Shown in pieces: positions 39,454 through 53,554 of a stretch of DNA of 64,000 nt. Source of the DNA: Octopus vulgaris (taxonomy: Eukaryota); the NCBI GenBank assembly GCA_951406725.2, contig OX597821.1, forward strand, positions 97,588,001 to 97,652,000. Reading direction: 5' to 3'. The notes below the pieces were generated by a model, which saw nothing but the letters and a program-made list of their open reading frames with translations, had not been told where the DNA came from and did no database searches. The number at the start of each line of letters is the position of its first letter. Positions within the stretch are counted from its first letter, which is position 1. The translations under genes were made by a program, and so were the position numbers.

Positions 39454-39652
39454 CAATAATAATAATAATAATAACAACCTTTTTTTTTAAAATTTATTTA
39501 TTAGACATTCAATAGTACAACACCAAAAAAAAACCCCAAATATATGGCACACTAGACATAACAACAACGTGAACTTCCAGCCTGTTGTCTCTTAAGGTCT
39601 CTGGGTGAGACTTGGAGCCAACTTGTACAAACATAAAGCAAAAGTCAAACAT
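38931..39652 (+). mobile_element. Three tandem R4/Dong 3'UTR copies separated by (TAA)n; a fourth at 36478-36631
   Basis: Each ends AAAAGTCAAACAT, like the 3' end of the element at 50314-51907. Confidence 0.85.
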
Positions 39653-39653
39653 A

Positions 39654-39724
<71 letters not shown>

Positions 39725-39952
39725 TCTACTAAAGGCATAAGGCCTGAAATTTTTGGAGAGGGGCTAGTCGATTATATCAACCCCAGTATGCAATTGGTAC
39801 TTATTTCATTAACACTAAAAGGATGAAAAGCAAAGTCAACCTAGGAAGAATTTGAACTCAGAACAAAGAGGGACAAAATGCTGCTAAGCATTTAGTTGGT
39901 GTGCTAACAATTCCGCCAGCTCACCACCATAATAATGATAATGATAATAATG

Positions 39953-40013
<61 letters not shown>

Positions 40014-40842
40014 GAGAAATATTGAGAAAATGTGGCATCTCAAGGTGGTTACAATACCAGTGATCGTAGGAGCACTAGGAATGATCAAGAAGGGAACCGA
40101 AAATTATATGAGAATGATCCCTGGCTTACCATCCCTGCAAGAAGTGCAAAAGATTGTCTTAACTGGTACATCACATGTATTGAGAAGAGCATTGTCGATG
40201 TGAGAACTATTACTACCCATGTATTTTAATTTAACTTCAAAAAAAAAATTTTTTTAAATGAACGAACGAGTGAGTTTGGTTTAATGGCCTACCAATGTAT
40301 ACTATGAGTTTCTTTGCCCTAGGAGTCGGGAAGACACTCGGCAAGAAATGGAAGCAAATTTGAAAGAAGAGGAAAAAAAAAAGATAATAATAATAATAAT
40401 AATAATAATGATAATAATAAAAGCAATAACAGCAGCAGCAGCAGCAGCAGCAGCAGTAATGGCAGCAACAGCAGCAGTAGTAATAGCAGCAGCAGCAGCA
40501 TTATTTTATCCCACAATATTCTATTCGTTAAAAATTTATTAGCAGACTGTCAACAGCAAAAATGACTGCTGGTATCAGAGTATTTAATTTTTTTTTTATT
40601 TCTAAAAGAATTTCATTAAAATATTTCACAAATAAGAAAAATACTTTATTAACTTTATAAATGTTGTTGTTGTTAATTAACACCATTATCATCCTCTTCA
40701 TCATCATCATCTCCGAGCAATAGAAACCATGCCTGTCATCAGTCAACATGTCTATAATTGTTTCTTCAGACTTTTTCTCAAACACATTTGGATTTAATGA
40801 CTTGAGTTTGTTCACAATATACTCAGAAAAGTGAGGGCTTAA

Positions 40843-41063
40843 CCCTTTCGTTACTGTATTTATTTTGAGATGCTCTGTGTTTTTTTCAATTACTTTAAAT
40901 ATAACAAAGAATTTAGTAAAATAACTTAGTTACCATTAAGCTAGTGTTAGGAACATAAATTGTGACTAAGGTTTGGTGGAAGATTTTAATTCAAAACTTA
41001 TGAAAACAAGACATTTGTACTACAGAGCCAGAGCCGGTTCCAGCCGGGTTGGTAACGAAAGGG
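40843..41063. mobile_element. piggyBac-type MITE
   Basis: TTAA TSD on both sides; TIR CCCTTTCGTTAC / GTAACGAAAGGG. A diverged relative starts near 10780. Confidence 0.88.
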
Positions 41064-41859
41064 TTAAAGACACTTCCCTAATTAAGGAAAACACAGCTAT
41101 TGTCTGCGTTTAGAAAACAAACATTCTATAAAAATGTCACAATGTTAACTATTCAAGCAACAGGAGTGGTGAGAATCAACACAGACTGAGCAGGGAACAA
41201 TCCCTCACAAGCTATCACTTATCAAAATGGGATTTTGTCTGAATGTTTGCCTCAAAGCACCAAGGGAAAACAGTAACAACAGCAAAAAAAAAAAAAAAAG
41301 AACAAGAAAAGAAAAAGAAGAATACCAACAATAAAGGCCAAAATAAGGAGACCAGCAATGGCAGCAACTCTCATTTCCTTACTTTTAATAGATATTTCTT
41401 TACTACCCACAAGGGGCTAAACATAGAGAGGACAAACAAGGACAGACAAATGGATTGAGTTGGTTATATCGACCCCAGTGCGTGACTGGTACTTAATTTA
41501 TCGACCCCGAAAGGATGAAAGGTAAAGTCGACCTCGGCGGAATTTGAACTCAGAACGTAATGCCAGACGAAATACGACTACACATTTCGCCCGGCGTGCT
41601 AACGTTTCCAGAAAGAGCTTTCTGACAATTTCAGTTTCAAGACACAGCAATAATCACAACAATGAGAACAATAGCAAGAAGAACAAGAATGCTTGTGAAA
41701 GTGAAGAGTAGGGGGTGGGGTGGAATAGCAAAAACAATGACAATAGCACTGCCACCATCACCCCTACTTCCTCCACTGCAACAGCTGAACAAATTGACCC
41801 CTACTAGCAACATCCCCCAGTTGATCCAATCAATGGAACAGCCTACTCCACCCACACAT

Positions 41860-42060
41860 ATACCCTTAATGTGGCTCTCTGGGAGATTCAGAGTGACACA
41901 GAGTGTGACAAGATTGGCTTTTGAAAATATAGATTCTACTCATTTTTAAGCAATGTGAAATAAAGTGTCTTGCTCAAGGATACAATGTGCTGCCAGGTTT
42001 TGAACTCACAATCTTACGACCACGAGCTGAATACCCTAACCACTCGGCTACATGCTTTCA
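41860..42060 (-). mobile_element. Another tRNA-derived CORE-type SINE
   Basis: Minus strand TAGCCGAGTGGTTAGGG...GAGTTCAAAACC...TCCTTGAGCAAGACACTTTATTTCAC. Confidence 0.65.
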
Positions 42061-43329
42061 CATGCCTTCACGACAAAAATGAAAACAAAAACCAAATCCA
42101 GTACAAGAACAACAACAAAACCAACAAGCAAATGCACAAGTTCACCTTTATCAACTTCACTTCTGTTCAAGAGAATAACAATGACTTGTTTGAGGAGGTA
42201 ACAATTAATCAAAATAGCACCCACTACACTCACGGAGTGGTTGGCGTTAGGAAGGGCATCCAGCTGTAGAAACACTGCCAGATCAGACTGGAGCCTGGTG
42301 CAGCCTTCTGGCTTCCCAGATCCCAGTTGAACCGTCCAACCCAGGCTAGCATGGAAAACGGACGTTAAACGATGATGATGATGATGATGATACAAGGATA
42401 GGGTTTTGAAACACTCCTGTACAAAATACCTCCAGAAAGGCTGCTCATACAAGCATGTACTGACACTGACACTCATTTAATACAGGGCTTCTACTGAAAA
42501 AAAACTCAACATAAGCATTCTAGAGAGACTTTTCGAGGAACCTTCATCAACTGCTAAAAAGAGCAAATTACCTACCCTTCGCTACATCTAATATGAGCAA
42601 CCTCTCTCTCTTTCTATCCTCTGGCCAGCATGGCTGTATTTAGAGTAGGATGCATAAATGCATGATGTCTAGGATCAGCTTGGAAGCAAGTCTCATGCTT
42701 AACAACCTTAAATTACTAGATATGCATATGCATATATACGTACATACGTACATACATATATGTATGTACCTACCTCTACATGTATATATACATGCATATA
42801 TGGGTACAGGACACCAAAAAAACGTCCAACACAATGAGAAACAAAAACATAAACACAAAACCAAGGAAATGGACATTTTTCTTAAACAACGAAAAAATAG
42901 AGTACAGGACATACAAAACAAGGAAAAATCCCCTTCTTCAGTTGCCTTTGTTTCCTCTACTCCACGTTTCGAAGGTCAAGGCGATACATGACTTTAATGA
43001 AACAATCCTTCCCGTGAAAATCAAATTAAATAAAATTTGAGATTTTTTTGCGGAGGGGTAAAAATGGTAACAAAAACAGGACAGTAAAGACAGTACAAAA
43101 TATAAACAGTAAAAGACAGGACAAGGAGAATAACAGTAACACAAACAAGAAGGGCTGTTAAGCCGAACGAGATATATATATATATATATATATACACAGA
43201 CACACACACACACAGACACACACACTCACACACACATAAACATAGATTCATACATACAGACAGACAGACAGATTGAGTATTTATGTGTGCATGCATGCAT
43301 GCACACATAAATACTCAATGCACGTTGGT

Positions 43330-43830
43330 AAAAAAATTCCCTGTGAACAAGAAGCAGTTGAGGGAGAGAACAAGTTTGGCCAGACGAAGAAGTGCGGAGG
43401 TGTCAGGTTGGGGGTTAGAAAGTATTTGAGGTCGAAGGTCTAGAAAGTATTTGAGTGGAAAGAAGTCCTTTGTTGTATGGGATCAATGTATATAGACTCT
43501 TGATATCAAGAATGAAGAGAAGTTTAGAGGGGCCAAGGAGGGAAGGAGAAAGAGTTGAAGAAACAGAGAGCATGATGAGGGTCATGGATGTGGGAGGAGA
43601 GGGAAGCCACTAGAGTTGCAAGGATACAGTCAAGGTATTTTGAGTCAATTCCATGGGGCAGTTACAGGCGGAGACAATGAGGCAGCCAGGGTTGTTGGGC
43701 TTGTGGATTTTGGGAAGGAAGTAAATAGTGGGGGTGCGTGGAGTGCAGAGAATCAGGTTGGAGGGAGATGGGAAGAGATGAGTTTCAAATGCTGGAGCTA
43801 AGAGCTACGATGCATTCTTGTTGGCTATTA
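43330..43830 (-). mobile_element. Penelope-like reverse transcriptase fragment (degenerate)
   Basis: Minus strand IYFLPKIHKPNNPGCLIVSACNCP and LFILDIKSLYTLIP match the PLE RT motifs LPKIHK..PGRPIVS and DVxSLYTxIP. Confidence 0.85.
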
Positions 43831-44073
43831 ATGGCAATAGACTCTATGAGAAACTGTTGCATAAAAGTGAAGTAACTCTAATAGGCAGAAAAAATATAAA
43901 AAATAAAAAATACATGCGACGATATTCTCACAATACATAGACGTAAAGCCTCCTGTGTTCATAACATCTACATACATACACACTCACACAAACATAATTA
44001 TGTATTTACCTAATATTGAGGTCTCATTCTTTTGTTGTCACTTATTATTATTATGATTATTATGATGATGATG

Positions 44074-44124
<51 letters not shown>

Positions 44125-44672
44125 GAGTGAGAGAGCAGTGCATGCCATCAAAGTGACACTGGGGTAAAATATACGAAGCCCAGTATACCCATCATGACTA
44201 CTCGTCTAATAAGGGTACACTAGGCACATGCATCACAACCATATGTGCGTGATATGGTGATCTCATATCAAGATAAACAGCCCATGACCTTGCAGGTGGG
44301 GCCCAGTTAGAATTTTCTTCTGGTCGAGTAGCCCATCCCACTCAAACGGTCCCTGAATAAGGGTTGTTTAAGTATGTTGAACGAAACACCCATGTTTCCA
44401 GAGGTGAAATATTCAAACCCCAAAGAATCCCTCTCAACACATGGCTATGATGCTCCCCCACTACTTCTGCTCATGATCAGAGATGCACATATCGTCAGCC
44501 ACTAAAGCTCAACTGGTTAAGGTCAAACAACTGACAAGCAAATCTGTGGTATTGAGCAGAATATTTGCTGTAGCTCATCTTTTATACCAAGACAAAATAA
44601 TGTACATGATAACACTTCCAATCAGTTAAGATCAGAAGCCATGAGAGCCACTGTCTGGTACTGCACCAGGGC

Positions 44673-44723
<51 letters not shown>

Positions 44724-44959
44724 GATTATTATTATATATATATTTATATATATAATAAATATATATATATAACTAAGAGCATGTGTGTTTAAAAAGTTAA
44801 TCAAAAGCACTCACGCGCTAGGAAAAAAACTTCTTCCTGAAAAGGTTAGTAACATCCTGGTAAAATAATCTTTTTTTTTAAAATCCTCTTTATACTTAAA
44901 ACCTGTATTCAGTAATTTTTCACACTGACTTTCATTTATATATATTTCCTAACCCAGGA

Positions 44960-45545
44960 CGAGTATTGTTCTCATGACTTTGAGCCACAGCCAAAGAGAC
45001 AATCCATGGAGTAGAAACAGCCCTCCTCACATGCTCCAAAAAAAGGGCAACGTTGTTTCATCTGCAGTGAAGGTAATGGCCTCAGCTTTTTGGGACACAA
45101 AATGAATTGTGCCTATTGACTATCTACAATGGAGAATACTGTGCCAATTTGCTGAAGAAGTTACAAAAGGTTATCAAGACAAAAGGAGTCTTGTTTCATT
45201 AGTCCTCAGTTTCAAATGGCTGCTGTATGTGACTGTGGCTTTGACTAGTCAATCACTCTCCCTATTCTTCTGATTTAAATCCATATGACCGTCATCTGTT
45301 CCCCAACAGGAAAAAACACTTGGCTGGGAACCACTATTGTAGTGATGATGACATCATATCTGCTGTTGATGGCTTTTTTGACCAACAGGATGAAAGTTTC
45401 TTCACCAATGGGATCCAAGCACTGCAGCACTGATGGAAGAAGTGTGTGGACTACAAGGGGATTGTACTGAAAATAAACCTCATATGGTCACATTCCATGA
45501 GAGTATCTTAGTCAGCCTATTAACTTTTCAGCAGACCTTTGTATG
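44960..45545 (+). mobile_element. Mariner transposase 3' remnant
   Basis: VKVMASAFWD, HSPYSSDLNPYD.HLFP, FFTNGIQALQH*WKKCVD..G. Confidence 0.7.
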
Positions 45546-48500
45546 CTGATAGCAAAATATCAAATGCACTGAAGATTTCTGATGATGTCAAAATATAAGT
45601 GATGTAAGTCTCATGTTTGTTTGAATAAAAGTATAGGAATGTAATCTTCGTACAGATTTGTTTAAAAGTATAATGATGTAAAACTCATAATTGCATATGT
45701 AAAAGCATGGCAGAAGTGAACCCTAATTACCCATTTATATGTTAGAAGTTTTCAAGCACTTCCTAATCAACATCTGTAATCACTCATGGCCCTGTATGTC
45801 CAGACTGCACTTTCAGTCTAGTTATACAGTGTTATGGGAGATTACAATGTCAGAGTTCAAATCTATGCATGTCCTGGGAATTGTAATGAAAAGTGTTGCA
45901 TAATTTCATATGCATTTTACAAAAATAGCAGTAGAGTGCAGAAAACTGGTAAAACAAGAATAGGCTGAATGCTGGTCTTATTGGAGACAGTTATTTTCAG
46001 TTGTCTGAATTAGTGCTCTCAGCTGTGGCTCTGTCATAGTATTGCAATCATTATGAAATATGGAATAGTCTAACCTACACAAGTTAACGTGTGAAAAACA
46101 AAACAGGGATCTTCCCCTTTGAACGGCACTTTGTAACATAATTTCTAGGTAACTAAAAAGTTTTAAACTTTGTATACTGGTAGAATGTGTTTATAAAACG
46201 TCATTTTCTCTTGGCTTTATTGAGAAAATTCTATAGGTTGTAACATATTTCGTCTAAAATTTCTTGCATTTTGGCAATTTTAACCAATCAATTACCTCCA
46301 TTGACGTAAATAACATTCTGTGCATATTGAATATGTCCTTCCTTTAAGAAACAGATTGGGTTTATTCACATTTGTGAAGAAAAAAGATACCCTTACTCCA
46401 CCCCTAACCCTAACCCTAATCCTAACTCTAATCCTAAATCTAAAATAGATTGAAATGCAATAGATCGATACTATGATATTGGAGGCGTTAGGACTTAACA
46501 TCTAGCAACGAGCTGAGGATGAAGAAATGCATTAAGGTAAAGGAAAGGATTCATCTTTAGACAATTATAGGAAACAGGATGCCACAAAGAACAAGTCTAA
46601 TGGTTCTGTGCAGAGATGATTACTTCCACATGTCAGTTGAAATACAAAAAGAGAGTAGAAACTTTAAAATTGTACTCCTAAAAATGAAGAATGAAGACAT
46701 AGGCAGTAATTTCTAGCAAGGGTTTTGGAAGGATTGGTGCAAATCTTTGGTAAAGAAAGCTGTGCATATCACTAAACTGGGTGCCACTGCATAATGATTA
46801 AGTTACTTATCTCTTATGTTTTAGGGTTGTTATATGTGAGTTATGTTTACATGTTAGATTATGAGCAAATGAGAAATTATATTCAGTTATGTTATACTAA
46901 AAACATTAAGCATTTTATTTTACAATATATACAATTGTTAAAGCAGTAAGCTGACAGAATCATTAGCATGACAGGTAAAAAGCTTTGTGGCATTTTGTCC
47001 ATCTTTATGTACTGAGTTCAAATTCAGCCAAGGTCAACATTGCACTTTCATTCCTTTAAGGTCGATAAAATAAGTACCAGTTGAGTACTGGGGTTAATGT
47101 AATCAACTTACCCATTCCTCTGCACTTGCTGGCCTCGTGCCAAAATTCGAAACCGATATAAACAATTGTTAATTGCATGATAAGTATGAACCAAGGAAAG
47201 CTTCACAGAGAAAGACAGGAACATAATTGTTAGTGGGAGTAGGAATAATTTTTCAGTGAAGAATTTGAGGTATGAAAACTGTCGTATCAAATAAATGTGA
47301 GACTGGTAGCACTCCTCACTTCCAGCTGCAATAAGCCAAATGTTGCCAAAGAGATGTTCTTTGGCAACATCTTTGACTTACTCCAAAAATTCTCAAATGT
47401 TCCAGTGACAAATTTAGGTGTAAAAATTAAACTTTTTCTTTAATCTTTAGCACACTGCTTTTTCTCTAGAGTTGTTTCCTCTGCCATGTCCTGTTACTAG
47501 AGGGGAGAAATCTCGTATGGTGATATGATGCACCTACAGTGTGCTACAGGTTAAACTAACATGCCTACCTCAAGCTGATATCACAAATGCTTAGATAAAT
47601 ATTATCACATGCTAAAGTATTGCTGTTTACCAACAACAATTATCTCTGGACTATTTTGCCAACTTTTGTAGTGTCATTTGTCAACCAGTTTGACTTTAGA
47701 ACTTATGCATTCAGGTTTGAATCTCAAGGAAAGCTAACTGCTCCAGGGTTAGGTATTGAAATGGACCGTGTTTTAAGTAAATTGTAGTTTCTTCATATAT
47801 CCTCTCTCATGAAACATGAGAGATATACATGGAGTGAATATCAACTCATTCATACAATAATCAGTCATTCTATTGTAAAAGATCCCACGAAGAAATACAT
47901 CACAATAAGATATCCAAAGATGTCTGAGCCTCCAAATTTTACATATTTACATTGTTTCAACATTTTTTATAGAACCTTTTTGCACCACCTGCACTATGAG
48001 TCCAGGGGTAGTTGGGAGGAGTCAGCTTCATGCTCAGAGATAAGGAAATTATTAGGAGAGAGAGGGAAGCACAGAAGGTTCCTACAGAGCGATTTACATG
48101 ATTACTCACATAAAAAAAAATGGGTGAGGAAAAGAAAATGACCAGTAAGAGCTTCATCATCATCATCATCATTTAACATCCGTTTTCCATGCTAGCACGG
48201 GTTGGACGGTCCGACTGGGGTCTGGGAAGCCAGGAGGCTGCACCAGGCTCCAGTCTGATCTGGCAGGGTTTCTACAGCTGGATGCCCTTCCTAACGCCAA
48301 CCACTCCGTGAGTGTAGTGGGTGCTTTTTACGTGCCACCAGCACAAAAGCCAGTCAAGGCGGTGCTGACATCAGCCACACTCAGATGGTGCTTTTTATGT
48401 GCCACCGGCACAGAATTTACAAAAGACTGCACTTCCCTCTTTGAACTCATTTTCAAGTGGAACGAGAAAATGCTGAAGACTTACCCATTCCTGCATTGTC

Positions 48501-49391
48501 TTATATAGATAATGGTAGTAAGGTGCCCAGGTAGCCCCACAAGACACAAGCTGAATAGCTGAATAGATGTGGATGGGTGGGTAAGAAGGTGAGTGATCTG
48601 TAAGATTTTATAAGCAGGGGAGGAGACTGCCAAAATGGGTAAGATTAAAGGAACGACGATGCAAAAGTTATGAGCTGGAGTTGAGTGAAGGATGCTGAAG
48701 AATGTGGAGCAATGAGGAGCAAGAGTAGTAAAGATGATACACTTGTTGGTTGGTGGGAGGACAGAAGAGAATGAGGGGGAAGGGAAAGAGACATTGTGCA
48801 TGAGGGGAGGAAGTCACTGTAATGGGTAGAAAACCCAATATTTAGAACTTCCAGAAGTCAATTCTGCTGAGGAAAAAGTGTCTTTTTTGAGAACTTCATC
48901 TCACCAGAGAACCTAGAACTTTGTCGTCCCATATATCAAATTCAAGGTCCAGAGGTCAGCTTTCACCATTTCATTCCTACTCCGCAGGTTCCAGCCATGC
49001 ATGCATGAAAGCCAGATATAGAAGAGATGAGAGAGAAAAGGGGAAACAGGAAGAAATGAGAAAGTAATGAAAAGATTGAGAGAAGTAAATAATTAACAAG
49101 TTAGAGCGAAATATAATAACGTATATTGAGAGTATATAAATGCTGAATAAATATGGAAAGAAGATAAAGTTACAATGAATTAAAGGCAAGGAAGAAAATT
49201 GACCTACATACACATTTATACATACATGAATTCACACATACATACATATGCATGTACATACACATACATACATGTATGCATGCATACATACATACATACA
49301 TATACATACATACATAAAATGTGACCTCGTGTGTACCGTTGGCGATTTTTTTTCCTCTGTCTTCCCTTCTCCGGATCTTTCCTTCTACTAT

Positions 49392-49426
49392 GTTTCCGAT
49401 GAAGAGCTCCACTCGAAACGTTAAAC
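49392..49426 (+). ncRNA. Minimal hammerhead-like motif (C4 variant) in a ~210-bp repeat (49315-49530; copy 62675-62880 with decayed motif 62753-62787)
   Basis: GTTT-CCGATGA-A-GAG-CTCCA-CTC-GAAACGT-T-AAAC. Confidence 0.55.
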
Positions 49427-50313
49427 CCTCCTTCTTTCCTTCTTTCCTGAGCATCCAAAAATACTATATTTGTTCCACGTCCTCGCGATGTGTTTTTTGT
49501 GCTTTCTTGTTTGGATCAACTATACATATATATAGACAGACACATATATTAATTTATTTATTTGATAATAAAAGACAATATTGTAGTCTCTTTAGACCTT
49601 AGATCTAAAGAGACTACAATTGGTTTCATACTAGAAATTTGAGGAAAAAAAACAACAATCATTAGAGAAAGCAAAAAGAAATTGTATGGCGCCAGCACTT
49701 ATGAGACTATAATATTTAATTGTATTAATAATTATGCACCCATTCTATTGACCAATGTATGAATGCCTGTTTTTGCTGGTTCATGGATTCTTAAACAATT
49801 CTACATGTGTGTGTATGATAGTATAAAGATCTGATCAGTGGCAGATCTGATATGGCAGATGTCAGAAAAAGGTGATGATCATGCTCTTGATTGAGCTGTA
49901 GCTCTGTTGTGCTTTCTTTGGTCATGGAGATGAAAGGCTCTTCAATTGTGATGACTGCTGCTTTGTTTCAGGGCTGTAACCATAGACCCAACTCTTGTCC
50001 CTGAGGATGAACCTTGACATGAAGGATGGGCTGTCAGCAGCACACTGATGGAGATTTGGACAGATTTCAACATGATATTCTTTCTGCTCAGTGGTCGGCA
50101 AGAAGGGGACAAACTTGGTAGAGACATGCTGCTTGTTCAATTCAAAAATAAGGATTGCTTGCACAAACCCATATGGCAGACCAACAACATCGGCAATGTT
50201 GTTGATTTTCCTCTAAATAAGTGAAATTGTATGCAAACTTCAATAGGCAAAAATAGAAATGTGCTATTTTCTTAACAACAACAACAACCAACCAACCAAA
50301 CAAACAAACAAAC

Positions 50314-51907
50314 AATTAAATGATGACATCAGGATGCAATTTGGCCTCAATAAATGTGCAAAAGCTACCTTTATCAAAGGAAAATTGACAGAAACAGCTA
50401 ATGTTAACCTTGACCAGCAGAATGTCATAAAAGAGTTAGAACCAGTGGAGAGCTACAAATACCTGGGAATAATTGAAGGGGATGTATTGACGAGGGAAAG
50501 GATCAGAAGAGAATGTTATCGCAGGGTGAGAGCAATACTGAAAACAGAGCTAAATGCAAGAAACAGGATCGAAGCAATCAATGCTTTAGCCATGACTTAC
50601 ATTTTCAATATCATTAACTGGTCAATTACTGAAATATGTAATCTTGACAGAAAAATCTGAAAACTGCTGACAATGCATAGAATGTACCACCCTATGGCAA
50701 ATATAGAACGATTTTATCTGCCAAGAAATGAAGATTGCTACAACTGGCCTAGATACCTACCTGAAAAACTGGATGTTAAAACTTGTCTCAAAACATGAAA
50801 ACAAGAAAGCATCATACTCAGTAACACAACAGCCAAAGGAATATCTAAGTGAATTCCAAATACAACAAATTCCAGAATTAGTCGTACTAGAAACAAGTGC
50901 AGAAAAAGCTAAGTGCATGAAAACTCATGCTAAAACTGCTGCCTTAGATATTCTGACTGATAAATGGCAAAGAAAACCTCGCAATGGCAAATACCCAAAG
51001 AGAGCGAATAATGCCGATGTTGACAAAGCCCTTACCCATGAATGGCTAATGGCTTCTGGCTTAAAATCAGAAACAGAAGGGTTTATCATAGCATCCCAAG
51101 ATCAATGCCTACCTACAAGGCCAACATATTAAACAGAAGCTCCCCAATATGTGTGGATGTCAACAACAAAATGAGACTATTGATTATGTTTCTCCATGTG
51201 CAGTTTTCTTGCACCTATAGAGTATCTCAACAGGCATGATAGAGCTGCACAATATATTCACTGGGTAATTTGCAAAAACCTGGACTTGACCCATAATAAA
51301 AACTGGTGGGAACACAAACCACCCTTAGTGCTTGAAAATGATCACATCTCACTCCTCTGGAACTTCACCATTCAAACTGACAGAAAGATAGATGCAAATA
51401 GGCCAGACATCATATTGAAAGACTTCAAACAAAAATCATGCCTTCTCAATTGATATGACTGTCCCAATCTATATAAACGTATCTGTCAAGACCGACCAAA
51501 AACTGAGCAAGTATAAAGATCTTGAAATAGAAATTAGCAAAATGTGGAACCTGAAGACTAAAACAATACCTGTTGTCATAGGTGATCTAGGAATAATAGC
51601 TAAAGGGGCTGATTGCTACCTAGCTCAGATACCAGGAAACCCCAAATTGGCAGAAATTCAAAAGACAGCACTCATGGGATCTGCCCATATCCTACATAAA
51701 ATACTGTCTATGTAATCTCAAAATTTAAAACAAACAAATAATTTTATTATGGTTTGTGAAACATTCTCTCGAACAACACTATGTATAAAACCAAATATAT
51801 GGCATCCTAGGCATAACACCAACATGAACTTCTAGCTTGTTGTCTCTTGAGGTCTCTGGGTTAGACTTGGAGCCAACTTATACAAAGGCAAAGCAAAAGT
51901 CAAACAT
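50314..51907 (+). mobile_element. R4/Dong-clade non-LTR retrotransposon (RT end, CCHC region, restriction-like endonuclease), 5'-truncated and frameshifted
   Basis: MQFGLNKC, YKYLG, LKSETEGFIIASQDQ, RHD, NRPDIILKD, KYKDL, PVVIG; followed by long (TAA)n. Confidence 0.92.
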
Positions 51908-51939
51908 AAAATAATACTAATACTAATAATAATAATAAT

Positions 51940-51998
<59 letters not shown>

Positions 51999-52000
<2 letters not shown>

Positions 52001-52352
52001 GGTTATGATGTGATATTGAAAGAATTGAAACAAAGAGTAGTAGCAACCAAAGCAAAACTGGAAAGATATAATAGAAAAAGATAGTTCAGACAAAACAGAT
52101 TGTTTGAAGCAAATCAGAAGAAACTACTTCAGGAACTAGATGGGCAAATACACGTAACAATGATACCAGATGCAAAGGAAAGCAAGGCATTCTGGAGAGG
52201 GATCTGAGACCTACCTATAGAGCATAATGATGAAGTGGAGTGGATGCATGAAATCTAAGATTGGTTAAGAAATACAGAAGTCCAAGAAGACAAAAATATA
52301 ACTACAGAAATGATAAAAAAAACAATTAAGAAAATTCCCAAATTGGAAGACC
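51999..52352 (+). mobile_element. R4/Dong pre-RT fragment
   Basis: ELKQRVVATKAKLERY...FRQNRLFEANQKKLLQEL. Confidence 0.7.
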
Positions 52353-53203
52353 AGCTTGACAACTGCTATTGATGTGGTTACAGCCTTGTACCAGAGTGGT
52401 TTGATGAAAAAGAAGAATAGAATAAGTACCAGGTTTTAAAGAAAAGAAATAAGAACTGGGTTCATTTGACTAAAATTTTTCAAGGCAATGCCCTAGCGTG
52501 GCGGCAGTCTTATGATTGAAACAAGTAAAAAGTAGAAGATATATATATATAGAGAGAGAGATATCATAATGATAACAACAACAACAACAACAATAATAAT
52601 AATTTCTGATGCACACTCTATACAATCTTTTTACTCTTTCATTTATCTCTCTTTCTCTCTCTTATTCTTTTACCTCCTCTTCTCTCACTATTCCATCTTA
52701 TTACTCTGTCACTTTCTCTCCATCACTCCTCCTCCCTTGCTCACATGGCTTCCATGTGACCATCGGCCAATTTTCTTTCTTCTCCTAACTTGTGTTTCTT
52801 TCTCTCCATTGTAACTGGAACAAGGAAGATGTGTTCTTGTCTGTCTTCTGTCCAAGCTTGACTTATGCATTTGCCACCACAACCTCATTTAGGCTTAGCA
52901 GCCCTTCTTGTTTGTTTGTACTGTCCTGTTTCTGTAACCAATTTTGACCCTCTGCAAAATTTCAAATTTTATTTAATTTGCCTTGCGGGAGCAACTGTTT
53001 TATTGAAAGTGTATATTGTTAAATGTTCGAAATACGAAAGTAGAAAAATAGCCAGCATCTGATGGAGGGTCGTTCTTTATGTTATTTGTCTTGTTTTCCA
53101 TTTGTGTCTTTCGTTGTTCAAAAAAATAGTTCATATTCCATGTACTCGTACTTCGTATTTTGTTGTTGTACATGTTTCATGATGTCCTGTGCCCATATAT
53201 ACA

Positions 53204-53246
<43 letters not shown>

Positions 53247-53283
53247 GTATAGATGTAAATATGTACATATATGTATGTATATA

Positions 53284-53328
<45 letters not shown>

Positions 53329-53474
53329 TGGTTGTATAATGTCAACATAACGTGACAATCCCGTAAAGGGAATTACACCACCGCTATATAGCCCTAGGAA
53401 GCATCGACGCTTCTTGTCAGCTTTGACACATTTCCAGTGTCCTTATATTTGCAAAGGGGAGGCAAGCACCCCTG

Positions 53475-53554
53475 CCAGCTAGGACTAGCAACCTGAAGAC
53501 ATGCATGTTTCTAGGTCTTGCCTGTCATCAGTCCAGGGTAGCAAGTCCCGCTAG
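53475..53554 (-). ncRNA. Type-I hammerhead ribozyme, canonical core, GUC cleavage site
   Basis: Minus strand CTAGC-G-GGACTTGCTAC-CCTGGA-CTGATGA-C-AGG-CAAGA-CCT-A-GAAACATGCATGT-C-TTCAGG-TTGCTAGTCC-TA-GCTGG. Extended stem I, palindromic stem III; predicted cut between 53498 and 53497. Confidence 0.8.

Noticed and set aside
42520-43000. Degenerate hammerhead-like motifs on the minus strand (about 42525-42555 and 42930-43000; similar near 53000 and 34770)
   Set aside because: Multiple core mismatches or wrong cleavage base; cannot be supported without a family consensus.
44600-44674. Faint resemblance of the family E end to U2 snRNA
   Set aside because: Only two short imperfect matches; no Sm site or branch-point recognition sequence.
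46398-46445. (CCCTAA)n telomere-like repeat
   Set aside because: Only a few degenerate units inside an interspersed repeat; not a telomere.
48480-48840. Possible Penelope GIY-YIG remnant (IIYIRQ)
   Set aside because: Too degenerate to call by eye.
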